DNA of 64,000 nucleotides from Macrostomum lignano (Eukaryota): NCBI GenBank assembly GCA_002269645.1, contig NIVC01002140.1, positions 62,001 to 126,000 of the forward strand, read 5' to 3'. Shown piece by piece: positions 33,477 to 45,645 of this stretch (position 1 is its first letter; each line of letters starts with the position of its first letter). The notes under the pieces were generated by a model. It saw only the letters and a program-made list of their open reading frames with translations, ran no database searches and was not told where the DNA came from. The position numbers and the translations under genes were made by a program.

Positions 33477-35353
33477 TGATGAGGACGCACCTTTTTCAAT
33501 CTTAGAACCGCACCTTTTGCTTCGATACGCTTTTCCCCCTACTGTCAGTAGGCTAGCTTAGGAATTTCTCTCCATTCTCTCATCTAGGTTAAGTTCTATA
33601 CTAATTTATGCCTTTACTATTAATTTTCTTAGGAGCTCAATGTACTTCGCTTAGGATTTTAATTTTGGATTGTTTACGCACCTTTGAAGGTCAGATGTCT
33701 GGGTTTGAGACGGATTGACCTCCAACAGTCTAGACAGGCGACACTAAGTCTGGGAGAAGTGTTCTCTAACCCCCTGATTTGTGGATTTTTCACTGTTTCC
33801 CGTGATTTATGGACGTCTAGCTGTCACTTTTGGCGCCAGGATGTCTAGACAAGGGGCTTTTATTGCGTTTTGCTCATGATTTATGACCGCACCTGTCGAC
33901 TTCCCCGGGGTCCGAAGGTCACCTGGTAGTGTGGGTTTTGGAGTCTTGAGCTCAGCCAATCAGAGTCGACCTGACTGCCTCCGCCTCAGCCAACCAGAGG
34001 ATTCGGCGGTTAGTTTAACAAAAGCTCTCAGCCAATCAGAAAATTCGGCGTGCATTATAACAAATCGGCCGCGCGAGAGCTATAAAAGGCGGCAGTTCGA
34101 GCCGCGCTCGTTAACCTGCCTTCCGGCCCCGCCCCTCTCCCTTCGGCCCTGCTCCTGCGGCTTCTTCTTCCCTTCTGCTTCTGGTGCTCGGGTGTTTCCG
34201 GACTTGTTGATATCTTGTTCGGCTTCGGCAGCTAAGTTTTCCCTCGGGAGGCTTCACCAGCTAAGATCAGCAGCAGCATCCCGCCTGAGCGCTTCGGTCT
34301 CTGTGGATTCCTTGGCTACCGGCAGATAGGTCCTCTGATTGGTTTGGTGAGAGGCTTTCTTGACCTGCTTAACTGGGTGCACCCTTTGTCTGACCCCTTC
34401 CTAGGTAGTCTAATAGGATTTGCACTTTTGCTTACTTGTTTTTGTGTGCCAATCGTGAGGCAGAAGTGTCAGTTAATATTAAAAGTAGCCATTTGCTCTA
34501 ACTCAATCTAAAGTGCTTTGGATTGCGTATTAGGTGAGAAAGTTAAATCTGGAAGTTAAAGACTTAATGTTTTCTTTCTTTTTCGCAATGCCAGCTGAGA
34601 TGAGTGGCTAAATCTAGAGGCAGAGGTCACAGTGGAACGGAAGCGGCGCAGTTCCCAGTCAATCAGTCGATCTAAGAAATCATTATGTTAAGCATGCAAA
34701 TTAAGTGCCAGACTTGTGCTTTCGAGCAGTCTCAGGCAGCTAAGCGGCCAAAATAAGTAGAATATTAGTCTAAAGATCTCCGAAAGTAACAATGCAACTA
34801 CATCATCGCTATCTGTCGACGTGTTAACACATTTAGTGCCACAAGAGTGCAGTTACGTGTACTTATACATGTACTTCTGGGAATTTGGTAATGAAATAGT
34901 ACTTACAGTAGCGTATAAAGGCTCGCCAGCGCAAGAATCCCCTGCAGAAGTCCTCTCTGTCCCTGCATGGCCAATGCGATCTTAGTCCCAGCAGCGTCCC
35001 TTCTATTCGGCTATGACTTCGAGATTTAGACAGCTAAAAGACACTAGATGGCAGGTAAGTGCAGTGCCCCTCTAGTCGGAAGTCCGATTTCGATAGCTCC
35101 GGTTTGGTGAGCCGGGGCGCACGGACTGGTGGCAGCGAGTTAGTTGATCTGCGGGATGGCTAATTTCTACCTTTAAAATTCTCCCTGCTTGTCTCTCGCT
35201 GTCTTCTCTTAGCTATAGGACCTTGCTGCTCGCCCAAAATCTAGCTACCATGGGGCTGACCATCTGACAGGAGTGAGAGGCCAGAGCTCCCAGTGATTCA
35301 TTTCCGAGTTCTGAGGCCCGAAGCCACAGGCTTTTCAAAGGCCGAACCCATCA
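33477..35353 (+). mobile_element. Solo LTR (1877 bp) of an unrelated LTR element
   Basis: TGATG...CATCA termini; AAAT TSD at 33473-33476 and 35354-35357; empty site visible at 12630-12633; no long ORF. Confidence 0.82.
33950..34090 (+). promoter_or_regulatory. Pol II promoter-like cluster in the solo LTR (CCAAT boxes + TATA)
   Basis: AGCCAATCAG at ~33954 and ~34030, AGCCAACCAG at ~33988, TATAAAAG at 34081. Confidence 0.6.
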
Positions 35354-36240
35354 AAATATAGAATAAATTTAAGATTTGTTTAATAAATAGTAGTTAGATT
35401 AATATAACACTAAAAAGACATTAATAACACCAAATATTATAAAAAATAAATATCAACATCGTTACACATTGCAGTAGAGCATACTCTTATTATACTACTG
35501 ATCTGCCTTGCTACTATACTATTGCTACTGCAATAGGAGCTGCATACGCTGTTGTACATTGATTGATTTTACCTAAAGATACACACTATTTGCTCACCCA
35601 TCGCAATACAGGAATGTCAAATTGTTTAACTTTTCTTAACCTGCAACTCGCCAGTGGACCAAAGTCTGTATTTGGGTCTAAGTTTATTGAGCTTGCATAT
35701 GGGTCAAGTTAAACGAGTTCAGAGGCTTATTTTCGCTTCAAAAATTCATTTCTTGACAGAATTTTTAAAATTCTAGATAAACTGGACATTCCTGTAGCTA
35801 TCTTTTAAAGTCCCGAAGATCATAAGTCAGAACCTCAGTTCGTCAGATCTCGTCTCACGAGATACATCGGCAAGAATTCAAACTCTTTCATACGCTCGTA
35901 GTTTAAGTAAGATTTTAAGACGCAGAATATTTTTAAATTCAGAACGGGAAATTTTAAATATTGATGCTGGCTCAAGACAAGGCGAAAGCAGTCAAAGCCC
36001 TATTTATACTACTGAATTGAATTAGCTACTGAGTGTATTTGAATTAATTAGAAAGCTACTCATAATTAACTGGTTAAATAGACATCTGAAAAAATGAAAA
36101 TTCAACACTTTAGAGAAAAGTTATTGATTGTTATAGTAACCGACATAATCAAGCATTTCAGTGTCAAACAGAGAAGAGAAGCGGTTTGCTACATAGTCCA
36201 CTGATCCTTTAAAGGCCACTACAAGCTACTGATGGGTAGG

Positions 36241-37922
36241 TGGTCCGACCGGGCGTAGCTTGGTTGGGTGTTAAACCAGTGGGGCGTGGCTCTTGTGCGT
36301 TGGTGCGGGGGGTGGGGGGCCGGGCCTTGGTCACGTGCCCGCGGCCTGGGTGGCGGTTTTTTAATGCGGTGCGGGCTGTCGCTGACCCGCCAAGCGCGTA
36401 TTGATTATTTCGGGTGTATGGCTCTGTTGACTGCTGTTTTAACGAGATCGCTAGCCATGCTTTCTGCCCTGCTGCCTCCGTTTTTCTAATTTTACAGGCC
36501 CTCCGCGCCAGACTCCCGACCGCCTCAGCAAGCGTTGCGCATTTATCCTGGGCAATGCCTACGCGCCCCGCACGAAGCGGAGTTACCGGTCGCAGCTCGC
36601 GTCTTGGCTGCGATTTTGCAATTCCCGGCACCTGACGCCGCTGCGGGCAGAGCCTGTGCACGTGGCTGAATACCTGGCTGAGCTGTCCACCCGGCTGTCA
36701 GCCTTTCGGAGTTGCCAGGCGTATGCTAACGCGGTCTCGCTGTACTTCAGAGCTCTCGGCCGGCCGGACCCGTGCGAGTCGCCGATGGTTAAGCTGGTGC
36801 TTCGTGGTCTTCGCCGGTGTCTCAGTCGGCAGCAGCGCTCAAGGGAGCCATTCAGAGTCGCGGATCTCCTCAAGCTACACGCCCACCTGGACCAACGTCT
36901 GAAGAGTGACATCGCGTTCTGGGCAGCAGTTCTGGCAGCCTGGTGGGGTATGCTGCGAAAAGCGAATGTGACGACGCAATCGGGGCAGCTCGATCTGTGG
37001 TGCGACCTGGCAGCATCGAGCATCGTCTTCTCAGAGTACGACTGTGAGCTCACTGTGCGGCATTCGAAGACCAACCAGTTTGGCGATCGAGTTCAGCGAG
37101 TGTTTCTTCCGAAACTGCCTGATGGAAGCTTGTGTGTCCTGTGTCCGTTCCGTGCGCTCGAGCGGCAGCTACGGACAAACCGAATCGGCCAGGCGCCGCG
37201 TCCGGTTCACCTGTTCTCCACGTGGTCGTCCGCGGGATGGTTGCCTCTGACGGCTAGCAGGTTTGATAGCCGGCTTCGTTCGCTCTGCACATCGGCGGGT
37301 TTGTCGCCACGCGAGTTCACTGGCCACGGGCTGCGGCGGGGCGGCGCTACGGCAGCCATGCAGCTCGGTGTTCCACTGCCGATGATCAAGAAGCTGGGCG
37401 ACTGGAAGGGCAACTCAGTGTTTCGCTATCTATCTGTTCGGGACTCGGATGCCAGGGCGGCTGTGCATGGCTTGGCTCGTCGGGTTGGCGCGCTCTAACT
37501 CTCTCTCTCTCTCTCTCTATGTCGAACTTTCTGGTTTGGGTTGGGCCAGGCTCGAACCTGCGCCTCTCGTGCCAACTGCCTTGACTTCGTCTCACTGGTT
37601 TAATGGTCCGACCGGGCGTAGCTTGGTTGGGTGTTAAACCAGTGGGGCGTGGCTCTTGTGCGTTGGTGCGGGGGGTGGGGGGCCGGGCCTTGGTCACGTG
37701 CCCGCGGCCTGGGTGGCGGTTTTTTAATGCGGTGCGGGCTGTCGCTGACCCGCCAAGCGCGTATTGATTTTTTTTTCTCGCTTTTAAGTCTCCAAGGTTT
37801 TTATTCGGCTTTTAGTCCGGTAAATTAAAGTTAATAAATACGCTCGAATACTCGTACAATAGGGCCAGGCTCGAACCTGCGCCTCTCGTGCCAACTGCCT
37901 TGACTTCGTCTCACTGGTTTAA
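36241..37922 (+). mobile_element. Internally deleted Ngaro-type (DIRS order) element retaining tyrosine recombinase and split direct repeats
   Basis: A1-[deletion at ~36405 joining gatt(t) tracts]-YR-B1-A2-B2. Flanks show TGG at both junctions. The empty site is visible in the host paralog at ~3940-3955. Confidence 0.9.
36498..37498 (+). CDS. Tyrosine recombinase of the deleted Ngaro copy (open frame, no initiator ATG)
   Basis: GMLRK, HSKTNQ, GHGLRRGGAT, LGDWKGNSVFRY (R-K-H-R-W-Y set). Preceded by TTTTTCTAATTTTACAG. Confidence 0.8.
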
Positions 37923-39022
37923 TGGCTACATAGTTGACACGGAAAACGCATAAAAAACTTCTGTAGAAGTGCGAGTTGAATAAAACAATTTATCCAAAGC
38001 TGAAAAACTAAATAAGGTTTACCAATTACCATCGCAGTGAAGGGAAAACTAAAATTCTGCAGTGATAGAAGCTGGAATAAGCATTTTACTGACGCGTGTT
38101 TAGACTATAAAGTATAAAAATTAGACAACTGTTGGATGCATAAAATTTAAACAGCGACAAAAAACGAGGACTGGCCAAGCTCGTCACAAAGCATTTAAAG
38201 TTCAAACAGAACAGAGAAGTGGCTTGCTATTTTATCGTCCACTGATATCCAAAGGCCTCTGCAGGCTACTGAAGGGTAGTAGTAGTGTGGTTATATAGCT
38301 CGCTAACACAAGCTTACAAAAAACTTCTGTAGAAGTGAGAGCTAAATAAAACTATTTGCTGAAATCTGAAAAACTAAAATGCCAAATTCTCAGCACCCTG
38401 TCTGGTTCGCCTCACTTCAGCTTCAGCCTGCTGCGAATTTGAACTTCTATCTCATGTTCGGCATTCTCGGAATAGAATTAAAGTGCTGACTGAAACAGTA
38501 AAGTTAAAACTGCGTCAAGTCTGTGTGGTTTTCTACTCACTATTCTCTGCTGCTATGCCAATAATTAAATTGCACCAAACAATGCGGTGACAGACTCGGC
38601 AAGCACTGCTAGTTGGTACCTCGTACTAGTAGCACAAAACCCATATGTCCCAAAAGGAGCTCAATTTGACAAAAACTTTGTTTAAATTTATGGGCTTATG
38701 TATCTATGAAAATTGTAGGCACCTGCTGCCCAGTGCTTGCATAATAAGTGTTTTTAGTCCTGGTGTGCATTTCCGATGTACATCCAATATTCTTGGCTTT
38801 CTGTTTTTAATGTACGCAGTCTCAACTGCAGGGTCGCTGCTAAAATATATAAATCGATCGCGCAGAGCCTACAATAGTTAAGGCTTTATCGGCTACTCAC
38901 AATTCGCATAAATTTCTCTCGGCTTCGCTCTCTACAAAAATTATTGAGGGTTAAGTCATTTTAGGGCTGTTTTTGGAAACACAATCAATTGCGTATCAGG
39001 AATAATCCGTCAAAAACCGGAT

Positions 39023-41011
39023 TTATCCCTTAAAGATATTACAAAACCTTTTAAACAGAGAACCGCTTTCTTGATGTTTTTTTTCAAGGGCAGACTTGCA
39101 CCGCTTCAGGACTTCTTCCTTCTGCTCCCCGAACGGGTCCTGTCCCTCCCGAGCCTTGGCGATGATCTCTGCGGAGTCCTTCGCCCCACGCAGGTGCTCC
39201 ACCCGAGCCTCCCAGCCCGGCTTTCTCTCGGATTCCTGCACCTTGATGAGGTTGTCCACGTAGCCCACCACACTGAGGGGGTACTGCCGCAATGCCAGCT
39301 GGTCCAACTGCTGAAGGCACTTGTGAATGGTCACCAAGTCGTTGGCGAGATTTTCGTGCGTTTTAATGAAGTCATCTAGCAGTCGTTCAATAATCTTATT
39401 CTTTGCTTCTTTTTCTTCGATGTTCACTTTGTACTTGTCAGCAATTTCTTGCACAGTTCTCACTTCTTCCTCTTCATAGTCCTCAAAGTAGTACTTGTTG
39501 TTGAAATGTTTATCCCAGAAACATCTTCCCGGGCACACAGTGCAGTACCCGTCTCTCATTGCTGCACAATTTATTTTGTCACAGTCGTTAGCAAAAGCGC
39601 AATTCTCATGACATGTTTTCGTGCATGCGGAGCAAAGGGTGACATAGTTCCAGTGGGACGGAAGATCCACCTTTCGTGTTTTGGGGACTTTCACCTTTCT
39701 GGTCTTCTTTTTGTCAGCGTCGTTAATGACAGCATCGAGCGAGTCGATAAAATCCAGTTCCTGCTGCAGATTCGACAGCGTCGAAACGCCTTTCCGCACT
39801 CGCTTCATCAAACCTTCCATCGAAACCTCCAGGTTCCTTCGGTTCCTCAGAACCTCTTTTGTCGTTTGCAGAGAGACACCGTTGGTCATATTCATCATCA
39901 CATCAAAAAGCTCAAGATAGTTATACTCACCTCGATCCCAGTCTAAACTATTCGCCTTGAGGTCCATCTCCTTTTTCTTCTTTTCTTTCATTGAAAGATT
40001 TGAATCAGACTTAATGCCCTCTACATCGGAGTTGTCAGCATACAACATTCCGTTGTTAAACTTCAGGAACCTTTCGTGCGGTACTTTGTCTTCCTGCAGA
40101 GCAGCCAGGGCCTGCGGCTCGTTACTGTCAGCAAAAGTGAGAACAGGCAGAATGATCTGCTCAATGTCCTTGCCGAACAGGGACAGAGCCTGGTCAAAAA
40201 TGTACTTTTGCGGTATCGTCAATCGATTCTGAGACGCTTTCACCACAAATCCCACGGCATGCAGCAGTCCGGTCATTCCTGGAATCACTGCACCGTCCTC
40301 TCCAAGCACTTTGGCGATTCTCTTCACGATCCGCTCATCCTCTTCCAGTCCACGGGTGTCTCCGAATCCGGGCGTGTCGATGATGGTCAGCGGGCAGTCC
40401 ATGGCGCTTCTGCAGCTGTCATCGGGACCCCCGGTGTTTACAGGAAACAGGGTGTACACCGCTACCACCGATGTCTGCGAGTGGGCCTGGTTCGCAGCCG
40501 CTCCTTTCGTCTGACCTTCTGGCTCGGCGATCAGCTTGAACCGGAACTTATCCTCGTACTTAACTCGGTAGTAAGCATTGGCGATACCGTTGATGAAGGT
40601 GCTCTTGCCTGTGCCCGTCTCTCCGACTATCAGCAGGAACTTCGGTGGCTTCACTGAGTCTCTGCTGCTTCCCACTTCAAAGGACACTGGGCAAACGCAG
40701 TCACCTCTGGGACAGCTGCAGCCAGCGGGAATTTTCACCTGTTTCTTTTTTAGCTGGAGTATCTGGCCAGGAAAGTCTTCTCCTTTGAGCTTCCTAATTG
40801 GATCTTTAAGGCACAAGTACGTCTTCACATTTTCTGAACATGACAGTGGAGGATCAGTTGAGAATTTTATTGACGTTGAGGGCTCGGACTCTCTGAAGTC
40901 TGCAGCTGCTCCATCATCAGTCCCTGTGTCGAGACCGTGGCGTTCCACTTGATCAGATTTGTTTCCTTCGGTTTGAGGCTTCTTGGTTTGCTTCCCTTTA
41001 GAATAATTCAT
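39023..41011 (-). CDS. Intact septin/AIG1-like GTPase with Cys-rich and coiled-coil C-terminus (662 aa from ATG), lacking the toxin and FN3 modules
   Basis: GETGTGKS, SQT, DTPGFGDTRG, TFAD; CSACTKTCHENC..CTVCPGRC. The frame is open where copy 1 is broken. Confidence 0.8.
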   Translation of the reverse strand: MNYSKGKQTKKPQTEGNKSDQVERHGLDTGTDDGAAADFRESEPSTSIKFSTDPPLSCSENVKTYLCLKDPIRKLKGEDFPGQILQLKKKQVKIPAGCSCPRGDCVCPVSFEVGSSRDSVKPPKFLLIVGETGTGKSTFINGIANAYYRVKYEDKFRFKLIAEPEGQTKGAAANQAHSQTSVVAVYTLFPVNTGGPDDSCRSAMDCPLTIIDTPGFGDTRGLEEDERIVKRIAKVLGEDGAVIPGMTGLLHAVGFVVKASQNRLTIPQKYIFDQALSLFGKDIEQIILPVLTFADSNEPQALAALQEDKVPHERFLKFNNGMLYADNSDVEGIKSDSNLSMKEKKKKEMDLKANSLDWDRGEYNYLELFDVMMNMTNGVSLQTTKEVLRNRRNLEVSMEGLMKRVRKGVSTLSNLQQELDFIDSLDAVINDADKKKTRKVKVPKTRKVDLPSHWNYVTLCSACTKTCHENCAFANDCDKINCAAMRDGYCTVCPGRCFWDKHFNNKYYFEDYEEEEVRTVQEIADKYKVNIEEKEAKNKIIERLLDDFIKTHENLANDLVTIHKCLQQLDQLALRQYPLSVVGYVDNLIKVQESERKPGWEARVEHLRGAKDSAEIIAKAREGQDPFGEQKEEVLKRCKSALEKKHQESGSLFKRFCNIFKG

Positions 41012-42240
41012 AATCGTAGACACTGTCGATGAGTTGGGGGACGCTGTCAATGTTTCGGGGTGGCTGTCTATGAGCTGGGGGCTTTGTTGTCTGACATTGG
41101 TTTAGTGCTCATGCGAGCCCAATTTATAAGTACATCGGCCTTGCGTACAGTATGTACAATTCATGCACTTCAAGTGCGGCGATTCAATTACAATTGGGAG
41201 GCTACTCTATGAGTGGGGGCAATTTTTGGTAATGGGGCTGTCCTTTGGATTGGGGGTTGTCTATGAATTGGGGGCTGTATGAGATTGGGCTGGCTGTCTA
41301 CAAGTGGGATATCCATTTTCAATAAAATCAGGGCAGGTGTTGCAGCGTGAAGCAATGTGCCAGAACACAAAAAATTAGTTCACACTTAAAGCAGCAATGT
41401 AGAAGCAAATTCGGCCGAACTCACCGACTGTGCATGCGATTCTGTGCTGATTTTTAGAGTCTTCAGATGCGCACCATTTAACCAAAGTTAAAAGCGCGCT
41501 CCTTGCAGCGCATTGCGAGCATCAGTGCTCACCGTTTTATACGGTTGCAGACCCATGAAGTTCCTTCTTAGTCTACCGCACGAGAAGCAAGTGCTATTTT
41601 TAGAGAGGGGTTTAAAAAACATTTTTTCCAAATACTGAAGTTCCCCTGGAAACACGGGGAGGAAGAAATGAAGAAGTTTGTCGGAGGAGAGATTTATAAT
41701 TTGGAGAGTACATTTTTGAGTACAATGTGAGTGGATTTTTCTCTCCATGTTGCACATCAGTTCTCTGCAGCTTATTGAAGTTCCCTTTTGCTTTGCGTAC
41801 TCACGGTCGGCTGTTATGGGTAGAAAGCAGAGACAAAAATTATATTTGCTTTCGCTACAGTGGAAGTTCCTCCATTTGAACTCGAACTGAAACACGCCAC
41901 GTCTATTTTTGAAATGGTAGAACGCTTTCACTTTTGCTTGCATCGGAACGGAGCAACCCGTCTATGCACAAGAAATTAAAGGACACGGATTAATGTTTTC
42001 TTGCGCACCTTTGGAAACAAGAATAAATTCGCCAAGCCCACTGGACCGGCGAGATACTCGTATTCAACGATGCTACCAGAAGAGCTGCTCCTCTCATGCA
42101 TGGTGTAAGAGCTTCAATACAGCCTGTGCGTCAATCAGCACTGCGCCTCAGTGCGGACATCAAATTGCATCCTCCAGCTCGTGTTTTGAATCAATGACAC
42201 CTCGATATCCTGATTTAGGGGTTCCAGGGGTGGCTTTTTA

Positions 42241-42355
42241 GGGCTGCCATTCTATGGGTGCCATTCCATGGGTGCCATTTCATGGGAGCCATTCCAGGGG
42301 TGCCATTCCAGGGGTGCCATTCCATGGGTGCCATTCCATGGGTGCCATTCCTGAG
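42241..42355. repeat. 14-bp minisatellite (TGCCATTCCATGGG)n, ~8 units
   Basis: Read directly from the sequence. Confidence 0.85.
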
Positions 42356-42504
42356 GTGGTAAAAACTACTTTATGTAGGATTTAACTTTTGCTAGTCAAC
42401 GCTTATTAACCATTAACAGTGAACGAAGCATTCATTGACACTGCCCAGCACTGGGGCATATCTCTTGCTTTAGATCGAATTTTCGCATTTGGTGTGGAGA
42501 AACT

Positions 42505-43398
42505 GTAGTAGTTGCTTGCGTTGCACGTGCCAAGGGGTGTTTTCCAGCAGCTTGAGCCTGTTCTCAGCAGCATTGATGACGTCACTAAGCATCTGAAAGT
42601 AGTCTCCTGCCTCATTTAGATACTCATCGTTGATTTTTTTAATCAGGACTTGGGGTTTTCCCGCCAGCTGGCTCAGAGGGGTCAGATACACGGTTATCGG
42701 CGACTTGGCGTTCTCGCTGCTGAAGCTCTTGATGCAGCCGATGGCTTCCTTGAGGCTGAGGGGCGGCGGCTCCAGCTTGAACTCGCCATAGTAGCGGCAT
42801 TTGATCTTCTCAAACGTGTCAAGTTCCTGAGAGTCGAATTCGGCCTTGAGTTTTCCCGAAGCCTCAAATGAAGCTTTGAACTTTGAAGCTACTCCCTGCA
42901 ACTCGCCAGACACTTGCGACTTGTCTTCCGACTCTCGCAGCTCTCTCTCGAACACCAGGAAGGCCCTGGCACCGAAATGAATTGAAGTCACAACGTGAGT
43001 TGCTGCTCCGTCATCAAGGAACTTTGGAAATTCTATGCTTGATCCCACATTCAGCTCTCTAAATTCTGTCATGATGCAGCATTCGAAGGTCAGCATCTCC
43101 GAGTTGATGCTTGTCTTCGAGTCACTCAGGTAGCGCCCGCCCCCCCCCCAACCTGAATCATGCCACTCAGGAAGCTGAGCTTCAATGACGCGCCCATTTC
43201 CAATCTGCTGGCCTTTTTGGAGAAACTCGACTCGGACTGAATGTTCATCGTTTGACTCACAGCCGGTCGAATGCTTGTCATTTTTTCCATCGTTTCAGGC
43301 GACCACAGCTTGGTTCCGGTGATGTACTGATCGTTTCGGGCATCGTACAGGCAGCCCAAGGAGGCAGGTCCGCCCAGGTACGGCAGCTGAAGACTCAT
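42505..43398 (-). pseudogene. 5' fragment of another stonustoxin-like gene copy
   Basis: MSLQLPYLGGPASLGCLYDARNDQYITGTKLW; frameshift in a C-run near 43140; homology to copy 1 ends near 42505. Confidence 0.85.
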
Positions 43399-45645
43399 CG
43401 GATCCCTGTCTGCAGAATTGATTCAAAAATGAGCACATTTTGAGACGATGTTGTAGTTTTTTTATTCTTTTTAAAATCCAGCTGGTTTAGAGAGCTGTCG
43501 TTACGTGAGGGATTGATTGGTTTACCTGAGCAGGGGGCTGTTTGTGAGTTAAGGACTGTCTCTGAGTTGGAGGGGCTGTCTGCCTTGTAACTGGGATATC
43601 CTTTCCCAGTAAAATCAGGCCAGGTATTGCTGAGAGAAGCAATGTGCAGAAACATGAGAACTTAATTCACAATTAAAGTAGCAATGTCGAAGCGAATTCT
43701 GGCAAGCTCACCAACTGTGATGGCGATTCGATGCTGAAGAATTTTTAAGCCACAATCTTAAAACAGTTGAAAGCTTGCCCTTTTAGCGCAATACGAGCCT
43801 CAGTGCTTGCTGCTGTATAGACTCATGAAATTCATTTCTTTGTCTGTCACGAGAAGCAGGCTGACGGGCCGGGAGTGCTATATAAAAGTGGAATTCAGAA
43901 ATATTTTGAATCTTGGACGCTCTCAAAAAACGAAAAATATAACAACCTCTACCCGCCTAAACCACAGCTATCCAGACAGACCAGCTCTAGACCAGTCAAC
44001 TTCAATGCCCAAAGGACAATAACGAAGCTGAGGTTTGAGGGCCAAGCCAGCAGTTTTTGGATGTGAGCCTCACACTCATAATAGGGCCTTTAGATGCCAG
44101 TGTGTTTTAAACCTTTCTTTTACATAAGTAGAAGATAGCAGGACAATAAAACCTGATATAAACCTATCCACCCCAATAACTGAAGCTCCCTTTCTCGAAC
44201 ATGCACTGCGTCATACTGTAGCGTTGTTTATGCACTTATGCGCTTATTTTGCATTCTAAAAAAAGGATACTTTGTATTTTTGCATTTTTATTATCTCGTA
44301 TTTTATTCTATTCTCCCATTAATTTTTGCATATACATAGGATACGCGATGCAGGTTCGATTATGCTGCAATCGTCACTCTCACGGCGAAACTAGTGTTAA
44401 CCAGTGCAGATGCAGTATAGCAGTCTAACTCCTCTTCCGTTCCTGGTTTTACATCTAGCTCGTAGTACTGTGGCTTATCAAAGTTACCCTTTTTGCCTGG
44501 CGCACTCGCGCTCTACTTATTTATTTTTCTTTGCTAAAGACGAAGTTCATCAGGTTGAACTCGAACTGGAACACGCCACGTCTCTTGTTGAAGATGGCCA
44601 TACTTTTGGATAAGCCTTAAGTGTTTTACTTGCTTTCTCAACTGCTGCAATAACGTACGTGAACTTTGGCTGTACGTACATAACTAATAATAGCGTTTTA
44701 GCCAACCAGACCGAGAGAAGAAAAAGAAAGCTCAGGGGTGACGGCGAGACGCGAGTGAGCTTTAAATGAATTTCATAGTGTCACGGCAAGGACAGGAGTG
44801 CCATCGCAGCAGTTTAATCACAAGGGAACAATACCATGGCTGCCATAACAGGGGTGCCATCACTGGGTGCCATCACAGGGGTTACCATTCTAGGTGTGCC
44901 ATTCCAGGGGTGCCATTACAGGAGCGCCATCCCAGATGCGCCTTTTTAGAGTCGCCTTTCTCAGGGGCACCATGCCAGGGCGCCTGCTCCCGGGCACTAA
45001 AACTGCTAAACAGAGGCGGCCAGTTTCTGCCAGTACTAAAAGGTGGACGCTACATCGTCATCCATAGGGGCTAAAGCTGGTGCAGCATGTGCTTGACACA
45101 TCTTTTCGAACCAGCCAGACACCTTTCCGTCAGGGGGTCGCGTCGTGCTCGTTCTGCAGCCACTTACTCTCGAACGGCAGCAGTACAAGAATCTGGAGGT
45201 TGTCAGCTCTGGCTGCCAGGTGAGCAGCCGTGTCGCCAGCCCGGTCAGTAGAAGGCATGAGGGGGCTTTTGGGACAAAATTTTTCACGTCCTCCATAATC
45301 CTTTTAAATCCATCCATATTATCCCCGACAGAATCAGAAAAAAAGGGGGGTCGCACTCGCTCACAAAACGTCCTCCATAATCCCATTAAATCCATCCATA
45401 TTATCCCTGACAGAATCATAGCAGGTGTCCACTGATACCTGTTATGCTCACTGTGGACACCTGCTATGCTCACTGACACAGACATCATCCACCGACATCC
45501 ACCCATAGCATCTTCGAAACAATCAGAAAATAATCTGCATTCTTCTCCCCACATTCAATTCGCAACATGCTACCAGATCCCTAAGACTTTAAATCATCAG
45601 CGCAGGGTCCTCACCCTTTGAAAAAAAATTAAATTCTCAATAAAA

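Larger units (their letters stand above)
12330..35466 (-). mobile_element. Full-length Ty3/Gypsy LTR retrotransposon, decayed, with four nested insertions
   Basis: Two ~410-bp LTRs (TGTAAC...GTTACA) differ at only about 4 positions. The 4-bp TSD CATT is at 12326-12329 and 35467-35470. PBS and PPT are present. Gene order is gag-PR-RT-RH-IN. Confidence 0.93.
33177..35466 (-). repeat. Gypsy 5' LTR (409 bp net), split by a solo LTR
   Basis: It matches the 3' LTR and is adjacent to the PBS. Confidence 0.9.

Noticed and set aside
36498-37498. Tyrosine recombinase as a phage integrase or integron (bacterial contamination or HGT)
   Set aside because: It lies within split direct repeats with DIRS-type RT/RH and Gag in the long copies, so it is a eukaryotic Ngaro element.
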